A stretch of DNA of 64,000 nt from a virus. Lineage: Duplodnaviria; Heunggongvirae; Uroviricota; Caudoviricetes; Thumleimavirales; Hafunaviridae. Position numbers and translations under genes: made by a program. Shown here in pieces: positions 18,226 to 25,623 of this stretch. The stretch spans positions 12,822 through 76,821 of the IMG/VR virus record IMGVR_UViG_2974793440_000001; one strand, given 5' to 3'. Every line of letters starts with the position of its first letter. The stretch's first letter is position 1. Below the pieces are notes generated by a model. It had not been told where the DNA came from. It made no database searches and worked only from the letters and a program-made list of their open reading frames with translations.

Positions 18226-18840
18226 ATGAGCGGTGACTCAGAAATAGAATCCTTACCCGATATCGAGGTGGCGAATATCGTTGCGTCGGGAAAACTAAAC
18301 CTCGAATTAGACTTAGCGGCGGTGGCCGAAGACCTCCGAGAACTGGATATAATTGAGGACGTGGAACACAGCCGACGGCAGGGGAATCGGCTTCTAATCC
18401 ATTTTAGAGAGGGAGAGGCGCTTGGTATTCTCGCCCCAACTGGTGTCTACGTCTTCACCGGGGTTGATACCCACGAGGAGATACACAGCGCCAAGGAACA
18501 ACTCTTTAGCGCCCTCGCCTCATTAGGAATTATCTCTGGTGTAGATGTGGACGAGTCCGAAGTAGTCGATGAATTTCAGGTTCAGAACGTCGTTTGTACC
18601 GCCGAGTTGAGTGACCACCTGAATCTAAATCTTAATGCGCTCGCCATCGGGCTGGGACTTGAAAACACCGAATATGAACCTGAACAGTTCCCCGGTCTAA
18701 TTTTCCGACCGAGTAGTAGCAGTTGCACGATACTCATATTTGCGTCTGGGAAAGTCGTAATTACGGGCGTCAGAGAGGCAGATACGGCCCAAACCGAGTT
18801 TGTCGAACTCCGCGAGAAATTGGAGTCTCTTCTGGGTTAG
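18226..18840 (+). CDS. tbp: TATA-box-binding protein homologue, virus-encoded
   Basis: Start reassigned to the internal ATG at 18226 (MSGDSEIESLPDIEVANIVASGKLNLELDL...); second repeat 'LNLNALAIGLGLENTEYEPEQFPGLIFR...ILIFASGKVVITG' is near-identical to the haloarchaeal TBP consensus; first repeat is divergent. Confidence 0.85.
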   Translation: MSGDSEIESLPDIEVANIVASGKLNLELDLAAVAEDLRELDIIEDVEHSRRQGNRLLIHFREGEALGILAPTGVYVFTGVDTHEEIHSAKEQLFSALASLGIISGVDVDESEVVDEFQVQNVVCTAELSDHLNLNLNALAIGLGLENTEYEPEQFPGLIFRPSSSSCTILIFASGKVVITGVREADTAQTEFVELREKLESLLG

Positions 18841-19073
18841 TCGTCCATACTCTCGGCTTCAAGGATTAGTTCGCCCTTCTCGGTCAGCGAGTAGATGATT
18901 CTGCGGTCATCCTCTTCCCCCTCGATGTAATTCTCTTCCTCAAGGTCGTGGAGATGTTCATAGACCGTACTACCGTGTAAATCGAGTTCCTTTGCGAGTT
19001 TGTAGCCGTGTCTCGGCTCCTCGGCTAATAGATTTAGAATCCGCAATTTGGGCTTAGTCAGCGAGATTCCCAT
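18837..19073 (-). CDS. winged-helix (PadR/ArsR-like) transcriptional regulator, candidate controller of the adjacent R-M genes
   Basis: Start reassigned to ATG at 19073 (MGISLTKPKLRILNLLAEEPRHGYKLAKELDLHGSTVYEHLHDLEEENYIEGE..., 78 aa); divergent from the MTase; perfect palindrome CCAATGCATTGG in the shared intergenic region. Confidence 0.55.
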   Translation of the reverse strand: MGISLTKPKLRILNLLAEEPRHGYKLAKELDLHGSTVYEHLHDLEEENYIEGEEDDRRIIYSLTEKGELILEAESMDD

Positions 19074-19086
19074 TACGGGGATTTTC

Positions 19087-19098
19087 CCAATGCATTGG
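19087..19098. promoter_or_regulatory. perfect 12-bp palindrome CCAATGCATTGG, candidate operator
   Basis: Read directly; lies between the divergent wHTH regulator and MTase genes in an AT-rich region. Confidence 0.4.
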
Positions 19099-19116
19099 CA
19101 TAGATGTTTACGCAGG

Positions 19117-19150
19117 ATTATTCCCTTGTATGGGGAAATATCTATGTACC
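19117..19150 (+). repeat. direct repeat copy 1 flanking the R-M cassette (core TTATTCCCTTGTATGGGGAAATATC)
   Basis: Matches 21545-21580 (TTATTCCCTTGTACGGAAATATC) in the same orientation. Confidence 0.5.
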
Positions 19151-19251
19151 TGCTTTGCTTATGGGAACACGAAGCAGAAAGACCTAATGATGGGATACAG
19201 AACGATGAGAAAGAATATGACGAGCCTGAACCTTGGGAGGTATAAGAACTA

Positions 19252-20586
19252 ATGTCTGACGAGATGGGCGATATCTCCTTCAGAGCGAACAAGCGTCTGC
19301 CGATTCACTCGTGGTTCGGGTATGTGGCTGGCTACGACGCTAAGTTCGTTCGGAGTGTTATCGAAGAATACTGCGACGAGCCTGACGGGGATTACACACC
19401 TACTGTCTTTGACCCTTATTGTGGTTCTGGAACGACGGTTGTGGAAGCGATAGACTCAGGCCGAGACGGAATCGGGACTGAAATCAACCCGTTTATGGCC
19501 TTCGTCGCTCGGGCGAAGACCGACTGGCACACCTACCCGAAGGATGTTCGGACGGGTGCGCGTGAGTTCCTAAACGACGTGAAGCCGCAGGTTCTCTCTG
19601 AGTTCCCGAACGCAACTCTCGATACCTTCTCCGGTCAGGGCGCTGTCGAGGACGTTCGCATTAAGGCAAAATCGGAGGTTCCCGAGTTAGCGAACATCGA
19701 GAACTGGTACACCGACTCTGTCCTTGAGCAACTTCGGATTCTCAAGGGCAACATTATGGAAATCGAAACAGAGGGACTTCGGATGCTGGGTCTCATCTCC
19801 TTTGCTTCCATCCTCGTGGACGTATCTAACGGTGGCTACGACCCATCTCTGGGCTACCGAAGAGACAGCGACGGTAACATCATCGAGAACGAAGCAAACG
19901 TCGCCAAGGCGTTCGAGGAGAAACTGATGAACGTCGTGGAAGACGTTGAGGAGAAGGTACTCAACCGGGATGATTCCAACTCCTTCGGGGATGCCCTGAT
20001 AATGAACTCCGACGGCGAGGAACACCCAGCTCTCCAAGACGAGTGCGTGGACTTGCTTGTAACGTCGCCGCCCTACGCGAACAATATGAACTACATCCGG
20101 CAAACCCGGCCCCATCTCTACTGGCTTGACTACTGGGCCGACCGTTCCCGTCGGAAGTTCGAGGATAACATGATGGGTTCGTATTGGCAGATTGTTCGCC
20201 GGGAAGAGGTCGAGATGAAGTATCCGACTGAGACGCTGGAATCGGTCACCGACGAGATTCGGAAACAGGAACCCGAGCGTGAAGAACTCGGTGGGCCGGG
20301 ATGGGCACGATACGTAAACCGCTACTTCAACGACCTTGGGAATGGGTTTGAGCAACAGTACCGGCTCCTCAAACCAGACTCCCACGCGGTGTATGTCGTC
20401 GGGAACAGCGTCATCAAGGACGTGAACGTTCCTGTCGGTGAAATCATCGCGGAGATGATTGAGGAACACTTCGACTTTGAGGTAGTCGGGTCACCCGTTC
20501 ACTCGTCCAATACCCGTGTCTCTTCGTCGCTTCGGACAGAAGACCTGACCGACGTTGTCGTAACTCTCTACAAGCCCGAACAATGA
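19252..20586 (+). CDS. amino-methyltransferase (DNA N6-adenine/N4-cytosine type)
   Basis: 444 aa; AdoMet motif I 'DPYCGSGTTVVEA', motif IV 'LLVTSPPYANN' (SPPY); lower GC than surrounding genes. Confidence 0.8.
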   Translation: MSDEMGDISFRANKRLPIHSWFGYVAGYDAKFVRSVIEEYCDEPDGDYTPTVFDPYCGSGTTVVEAIDSGRDGIGTEINPFMAFVARAKTDWHTYPKDVRTGAREFLNDVKPQVLSEFPNATLDTFSGQGAVEDVRIKAKSEVPELANIENWYTDSVLEQLRILKGNIMEIETEGLRMLGLISFASILVDVSNGGYDPSLGYRRDSDGNIIENEANVAKAFEEKLMNVVEDVEEKVLNRDDSNSFGDALIMNSDGEEHPALQDECVDLLVTSPPYANNMNYIRQTRPHLYWLDYWADRSRRKFEDNMMGSYWQIVRREEVEMKYPTETLESVTDEIRKQEPEREELGGPGWARYVNRYFNDLGNGFEQQYRLLKPDSHAVYVVGNSVIKDVNVPVGEIIAEMIEEHFDFEVVGSPVHSSNTRVSSSLRTEDLTDVVVTLYKPEQ

Positions 20587-20801
20587 ATCCAAAATTCCAG
20601 TCCGTGATTCGATGCCCGGAAACGGATTGTCACGGCGATATTGAAATCACAGAACGGGCCGAAGAACACGCGGGTCAAATCGTGAAAGGCACGATGGAGT
20701 GCCAATCCTGCGGGAAGGAGTACCGTATCCGCGACGGCTTCCCGATACTACTACCTGAATCGCTGGACGACGAAGCAGAGGACTTAGGCGAAGTCAGTTA
20801 G
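20583..20801 (+). CDS. Trm112-like zinc-ribbon protein (methyltransferase partner family)
   Basis: 72 aa; 'RCPETDCHGD...ECQSCGKEYRIRDGFPILLPESLDDE' matches the Trm112/DUF343 signature (Cx2C...Cx2C..YPIrDGIPvLL); ATGA overlap with the MTase stop. Confidence 0.55.
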   Translation: MNPKFQSVIRCPETDCHGDIEITERAEEHAGQIVKGTMECQSCGKEYRIRDGFPILLPESLDDEAEDLGEVS

Positions 20802-21515
20802 TTCCCCGTCTTCGGCCCCGTCAACCTCCTCTTCTGTCACAGACAGGCTCTTCACGTTTTCACGCCGCCACTCAGCGTCTACTTTTGGTTGCACTTCTTC
20901 TTCCCAAACGTTCGGCTCTGTATCGCGGCGCGGGAGGTCTCGCTTCTCGACCCAGCCACGCCCCGGATGAAGGGTGTCCCACACGGAGCGTTCCTGATTC
21001 GCTCTTCCCTTTCCGGGGTCGTGGTCACCGAAACCGTCGATGTACCGATTCCACCACGGCTTGTAGTACGAAATGAGGGTCTGTTCACAGTACCGAATCC
21101 AGATGGAACTGGTAATCAGGTACTTGACCCTGAAGTTGTCTATGTCCAGATTCTCGGCCTGCTCGATGCTCTTTCGGTGTTCGAGAAGTCGTTTGTAAAT
21201 TCCACGCCCGGTAGAGGATTCCAAGTGCGCTCCCCCGGTACGCGAGCCGGATGGCACGGCTTTGCCTATGTAAATCGGGAAGTCGTACTCCCACTTGTCG
21301 TTCGAGACCGGCTCGTAGTTCTCGTAGTCACCGAAGTAATAAAGGCCGTAAACACCACAGCCGTCGAAGGGGTTGTAGGGTTCAGGAAGTTCCTCGCCGT
21401 CGTGTTCCTCAAATTCTCGGATAATCGTTTTGTTTAGTTCTCGTTGGGAAATACCGAGGTCATCCAAAGGATTCCAAGCAGATACTATCTGGTCATCCGA
21501 CATTGGATGGGGCAA
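20784..21515 (-). CDS. GIY-YIG family nuclease, candidate restriction endonuclease (Eco29kI-like architecture)
   Basis: 243 aa; 'GVYGLYYFGDYENYEP...PIYIGKA' GIY...YIG motif with downstream R and E residues; convergent with and overlapping the MTase/Trm112 gene pair. Confidence 0.5.
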   Translation of the reverse strand: MPHPMSDDQIVSAWNPLDDLGISQRELNKTIIREFEEHDGEELPEPYNPFDGCGVYGLYYFGDYENYEPVSNDKWEYDFPIYIGKAVPSGSRTGGAHLESSTGRGIYKRLLEHRKSIEQAENLDIDNFRVKYLITSSIWIRYCEQTLISYYKPWWNRYIDGFGDHDPGKGRANQERSVWDTLHPGRGWVEKRDLPRRDTEPNVWEEEVQPKVDAEWRRENVKSLSVTEEEVDGAEDGELTDFA

Positions 21516-21544
21516 AACCCGCAGACGCCGAAAAGATTGAATCC

Positions 21545-21580
21545 GTTTATTCCCTTGTACGGAAATATCCCAATACAGTC
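21545..21580 (+). repeat. direct repeat copy 2 flanking the R-M cassette
   Basis: See 19117-19150. Confidence 0.5.
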
Positions 21581-21633
21581 AACGTGTACCAAGGGGATAG
21601 GAACTAAATTGGACGGCGACAGAGACACCGTTA

Positions 21634-21915
21634 ATGAGCAATCCGGGTCTGATAGAACGGGTTGAATCTATGTCAGCCGCGTTAAATTACGCTTTCAATA
21701 AGAAATGGGCTGACAGAGTGGATTCTAACGTCACCCACCAACTATATCACGAGAATGGGGTTGTCGCAATTCCCGCAGAGACTGAGAAAATTGAAATCGA
21801 CGTGAGTGACCCGGACGGCTTGATAGTAGTCAGAAAAGGGAGACAGAAGGAGGAATTTGCGAACGAAAAGGAGGCCGCCGAGTCCGCCTTAACAAAATTC
21901 TTCAACTCCGACTAA
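21634..21915 (+). CDS. hypothetical protein
   Basis: 93 aa ORF. Confidence 0.3.
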   Translation: MSNPGLIERVESMSAALNYAFNKKWADRVDSNVTHQLYHENGVVAIPAETEKIEIDVSDPDGLIVVRKGRQKEEFANEKEAAESALTKFFNSD

Positions 21916-21975
21916 TCTACAAGGCAACCCGCTCTGGGGTCGCGGGCATTCCCGAAAAAGCCTCGATGCGTTGAT

Positions 21976-22164
21976 TCAGGAGAAGATTTCTTCGGGAGAG
22001 ATGTTTCCGTTGAGATGCTGTTGTTTCTCCCACTCGATTTCGCCGGAGATTTTCCCGTAGAGTTCTGCGGCGATAGTTCGGTCTTCGTAGTCTCGGTCGG
22101 GATTGTCCTTGATGTGTTCTAACTCGTGTTCGAGGAAAGCGAGTTGCTTCGGGGTGAGTTCCAT
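21976..22164 (-). CDS. hypothetical small protein (62 aa from the internal ATG)
   Basis: MELTPKQLAFLEHELEHIKDNPDRDYEDR...; TTTATAAA TATA box about 30 nt upstream of the ATG on the minus strand (22190-22197). Confidence 0.35.
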   Translation of the reverse strand: MELTPKQLAFLEHELEHIKDNPDRDYEDRTIAAELYGKISGEIEWEKQQHLNGNISPEEIFS

Positions 22165-22388
22165 ATAAAGAGTCACGCACCGGGGGTTTATAAAACGGGG
22201 GTTGGTAGGGGGTTCTTCATTTCCCAATATGAGTTATGGATAGAAAGTGGTACACGCACGGCATCCGGGGCTATACCCCCTGTTTATTTATAAGCAGAGT
22301 TGGTAGTAGAGTGTAGAGAAGCACGCCAAGTGGTGTGAACCCGGCAAGGAGTGCCGGAAGCTTAGCCACTCCCCGCCGGAGGCGAGCG

Positions 22389-22435
22389 CGTCCTTGGTAA
22401 GGACGAGAGCGCGGGTTCAAATCCCGCCTCAGGCT
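22389..22435 (+). other. attP-like site: 3' portion (anticodon arm to 3' end) of a tRNA-Thr(GGU) gene, no 5' half
   Basis: Anticodon arm CGTCC-TTGGTAA-GGACG, T arm GCGGG-TTCAAAT-CCCGC, acceptor 3' strand CTCAGGC; no matching 5' acceptor or D arm upstream; lies immediately 5' of the integrase gene. Confidence 0.6.
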
Positions 22436-22618
22436 TTCACGGGCTACACGGCCTGTATTCCCACTTTGCGTGCTTCTTGGGAGCGAAACAATGTACCCCA
22501 AGAAAGCACTCTACCCACAAACGTACACCCCCGCGCCGTCTTGCGATTCCGAGAGTTGTCAGGACACTATAACGCTGAGTCACACGAAAGCGCGTTTCCT
22601 CAACGTGGGGGCCGGACG

Positions 22619-23812
22619 ATGAACCGCGACGACCCCCTCGACCAGATGGAAATGAGCGCGGCATCCGAGGATATACCACCCGCGCCCAAACCCATCGAGT
22701 TCGGCTTCCCACTCGTGAGCCAACGGTCGCGCGAAGACCTCGAAGCGTTCGGCCTCAATATGGTTCAGGACTACCACGATTTCAAAGAGGAAGTCCTGAC
22801 GTGGCTCGGCAACTACGGGAAGAACCCCGACAAGCACGAGGGACTGGCTCGAACCACGCTTGAGAGTACCCACTACAAGCTCGAAACCGTCTTCCGCTGG
22901 CTATGGAAATACGAGGGCCAATACACTACCAAGTTCACACCCGAACACGCAGATAAGTTCATCTCGCTGTTGAATCAAGCCGACTCGATGATTGACAGCA
23001 CGGTGCTTCACCACGCGAAGGATATTCGCCGGTACTTCCGCTACTGTAACCACGTTCAGGGGAAGGACTACGATTGGGAACCCGACCTCGAACTCTCTCA
23101 GTCAAACGGCGACGAGCGAGAGTACCTACGTCGCGCCGCGTTTGAGCCGCTGTATCAATCCGCGCTTCAACACTCGTCGGTCAAGAGCTACTACTCCTGT
23201 ACCCCGGAGGAACGACAGGAGTTGAAGTCCTACGTCTCTCAGCGGCTTCAAGTCCCCAAGTCGAAGGTCGGGGCGGAGGAGTTCAAAAAAGCAAACTCGT
23301 GGAAGTACCCATCTATGATTGCGGCTACGCTGGACACCGGGCTTCGACCCATCGAGGTCGGACGCGCCAAGGTGTCTTGGGTGAACCTCCAAGATAACGA
23401 GCTGAACATCCCGAAGGACGAGTCCACGAAAAACGAGGGCCATTGGAACTGCGCGATACAGAAGCGCACGGCGAAGGCGCTCGAACGTTGGATAGACGAG
23501 CGGGCGACGATGGAGAAGTACGACGGTCGGGACGAGCTGTGGCTCACGCAGAAAGCCCGCCCCTACAACTCCGACTCGTGTAACGGCCTGCTTGACCGAA
23601 TCATCGAGTCGGGGAACGTCCCGATTCCCGAGAACCAGAAGAACAAAATCTCGTGGTACAGCATCCGCCACGGAGTCGCAACCTATTGGGCGAACCACGT
23701 TGGCCCGCACCACGCAAAGGAACAACTCCGCCACAAGAGCGTGACGACGACGATGAAGTACCTCCACTCGGACTCGGACACCCGAGGGAGCGCGGTCGAA
23801 CAAATCTGGTAG
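22619..23812 (+). CDS. tyrosine recombinase / integrase
   Basis: Start reassigned to ATG 22619 (the ORF-track start at 22394 is a TTG that reads through the tRNA fragment); C-terminal catalytic region '...WYSIRHGVATYWANHVGPHHAKEQLRHKSVTTTMKYLH' (R..HxxR...Y). Confidence 0.8.
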   Translation: MNRDDPLDQMEMSAASEDIPPAPKPIEFGFPLVSQRSREDLEAFGLNMVQDYHDFKEEVLTWLGNYGKNPDKHEGLARTTLESTHYKLETVFRWLWKYEGQYTTKFTPEHADKFISLLNQADSMIDSTVLHHAKDIRRYFRYCNHVQGKDYDWEPDLELSQSNGDEREYLRRAAFEPLYQSALQHSSVKSYYSCTPEERQELKSYVSQRLQVPKSKVGAEEFKKANSWKYPSMIAATLDTGLRPIEVGRAKVSWVNLQDNELNIPKDESTKNEGHWNCAIQKRTAKALERWIDERATMEKYDGRDELWLTQKARPYNSDSCNGLLDRIIESGNVPIPENQKNKISWYSIRHGVATYWANHVGPHHAKEQLRHKSVTTTMKYLHSDSDTRGSAVEQIW

Positions 23813-23877
23813 CCTGCGGTATATTCCTCTTTTTGACACCCGCAAAACTGATGTGTTGAGGTTTATACCTTTGAAGT

Positions 23878-23988
23878 ATGAGCGGAGACGATAGAGAGCC
23901 GTTTAAGAAATACAAGACCTGCTTAGAATCCGGTTGCGACAATCAGGTTGGCAAGGAAGACGATTACTGCCCTCTACATAGAGAATAA
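23878..23988 (+). CDS. mini zinc-finger protein 1 of a five-gene tandem paralogue array (36 aa)
   Basis: MSGDDREPFKKYKTCLESGCDNQVGKEDDYCPLHRE; Cx4C...Hx2-3C..H pattern; not in the ORF track. Confidence 0.5.
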   Translation: MSGDDREPFKKYKTCLESGCDNQVGKEDDYCPLHRE

Positions 23989-24098
23989 TGTCGGAAGATG
24001 GAAACCGACGAGAGTTACAAAAAGCGTGTAGAGAAGATGGCTGTGGTAGGCACGTTGGTCGAGAGCATGATTACTGTTTGAAACACCGTGAGGACTAA
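23988..24098 (+). CDS. mini zinc-finger protein 2 (36 aa)
   Basis: MSEDGNRRELQKACREDGCGRHVGREHDYCLKHRED; TAATG overlap with gene 1. Confidence 0.5.
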   Translation: MSEDGNRRELQKACREDGCGRHVGREHDYCLKHRED

Positions 24099-24109
24099 TC
24101 TGGTCAACT

Positions 24110-24226
24110 ATGTCTGACGATAAAGGAAACCCGAATATCGCCGCGAACGTCAAAGTGTGCCTCAAAGACGGCTGTAAAGCCAGCATTGGGCGAGAACACA
24201 AATTCTGTCCGAAGCATCGAGGGTGA
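24110..24226 (+). CDS. mini zinc-finger protein 3 (38 aa)
   Basis: MSDDKGNPNIAANVKVCLKDGCKASIGREHKFCPKHRG. Confidence 0.5.
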   Translation: MSDDKGNPNIAANVKVCLKDGCKASIGREHKFCPKHRG

Positions 24227-24228
24227 AT

Positions 24229-24342
24229 ATGTCTGAAGACGACCCCCTTGGAATAGACCAAAAGCTCAGTCTATGCGCTAAATCGGGGTGCGATACCCCG
24301 ATTGGGCGAGAACACGAATTTTGTCCACAGCATCGTGAGTGA
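24229..24342 (+). CDS. mini zinc-finger protein 4 (37 aa)
   Basis: MSEDDPLGIDQKLSLCAKSGCDTPIGREHEFCPQHRE. Confidence 0.5.
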   Translation: MSEDDPLGIDQKLSLCAKSGCDTPIGREHEFCPQHRE

Positions 24343-24344
24343 TT

Positions 24345-24455
24345 ATGTCTGACGACAAATTTGAAACTGATGCGTTACAGAAGACCTGTGCTGAATCGGG
24401 ATGTAAAAGCGCAGTAGGACGAGAACACGACTACTGCTTTGAACATCGGGAATAG
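24345..24455 (+). CDS. mini zinc-finger protein 5 (36 aa)
   Basis: MSDDKFETDALQKTCAESGCKSAVGREHDYCFEHRE. Confidence 0.5.
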   Translation: MSDDKFETDALQKTCAESGCKSAVGREHDYCFEHRE

Positions 24456-24459
24456 TTAG

Positions 24460-25035
24460 ATGATTTCCATAGGTGGGGTATATCTCGTTCTACTTGGCAT
24501 TTTCATATTCGTACCCACCGTCCAGATATTGATTAATCCAGTATCTATCAGCGAGGCTCCTTCATCTAAGGATTCAATGTCTGTGGTGGATAGGACAGCA
24601 TCCGAGTCGATTGCCCTGTTTGCTATTGTTTTAGTTATAATTCAATTTGTATTAGAGGATACTGAGTTGAGCTACTATCAGGAACTCACAGTTGGCATCT
24701 TGACCCTCTGTGCTGGTTTCTTGATGCTCACGTTCATTTTAGAACTCTTTAGCGATGTTCGAGTGGTTCTGTTTCACCTACAAATCACCGCTCTCAGATA
24801 TTCGGGTCTGCTCCTGTTCTCTGGACTGTTTTTCCTCCTCCAATCATACCAATTGAACCCGACCATCCAGTACCTATTCGCTGGATTTGTCCTCATCTCT
24901 TGGGGCGCTTGGATATTCCACGAACTGAAGTATCTATTCAGAATCCAGCTTCGAGAGTGGAATAGTAGAGGTTTAGAGCGAGGTAATTGGTTTCGTAAGG
25001 TGATTCGTCAAAAGGTTCCTTTTGTGCCTGACTGA
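24460..25035 (+). CDS. polytopic membrane protein
   Basis: 191 aa, about 5-6 hydrophobic helices; lower GC. Confidence 0.5.
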   Translation: MISIGGVYLVLLGIFIFVPTVQILINPVSISEAPSSKDSMSVVDRTASESIALFAIVLVIIQFVLEDTELSYYQELTVGILTLCAGFLMLTFILELFSDVRVVLFHLQITALRYSGLLLFSGLFFLLQSYQLNPTIQYLFAGFVLISWGAWIFHELKYLFRIQLREWNSRGLERGNWFRKVIRQKVPFVPD

Positions 25036-25039
25036 TTAC

Positions 25040-25564
25040 TTATAATTCATCAACCGAGCGCATTCCGCGCTCGTTCAGTCGGTATTCCTTCTTGCGACCG
25101 TCTTCATCGTGTGGCTGTTTCTCCACTACGTCGCGCTCCGATAGTTCCCATAGAATTTGACTCACATCGTCCGGGTCTATCTCGGAGTCCTCGGGGAGTT
25201 TCGATTTGATTTCATTCGTTGTGTGCCACTCATTCCCATTATTCTCATAGAGGAATTTGGCAAGTCGTCGCGTCCGTGAGCCTTCCTCGAATGAAACGAG
25301 GTCGGGGTCGTCCCCTTCGTCTTCACCACTTCGACGGGGGATTTCCTCTCCGGTGATGTATTCAGTCAAGTCTATCGGAGACTCAGCCTCAATAGTCACC
25401 TCGATGTTCTCGATGGAATCACCGAATCCAGCTTCCTCGATGAACTGATTAAACGCGCGAAGCCCCTGCTCTCCCGAAAGTTGGAGTGTCATTACTCCAT
25501 CCGGTTCATCAGACGACATATTCTGACTCTTGATTTGGCGTACTGAAAAACACCCGGCAATCAC
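25040..25564 (-). CDS. acidic protein with C-terminal winged-helix-like domain
   Basis: 174 aa; downstream of rtcB on the same strand. Confidence 0.4.
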   Translation of the reverse strand: MIAGCFSVRQIKSQNMSSDEPDGVMTLQLSGEQGLRAFNQFIEEAGFGDSIENIEVTIEAESPIDLTEYITGEEIPRRSGEDEGDDPDLVSFEEGSRTRRLAKFLYENNGNEWHTTNEIKSKLPEDSEIDPDDVSQILWELSERDVVEKQPHDEDGRKKEYRLNERGMRSVDEL

Positions 25565-25623
25565 ATCGTTCTAAAAACAAAAAGACCCCCGACCACGGGG
25601 GGTCGGGGGTGGCAAACAGGGTT

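Noticed and set aside
22394-22618. N-terminal 75 codons of the ORF-track integrase (start 22394)
   Set aside because: That start is a TTG and the frame translates straight through the tRNA-Thr fragment. The first ATG with a sensible N-terminus is at 22619. The read-through frame is kept only as an alternative under findings.
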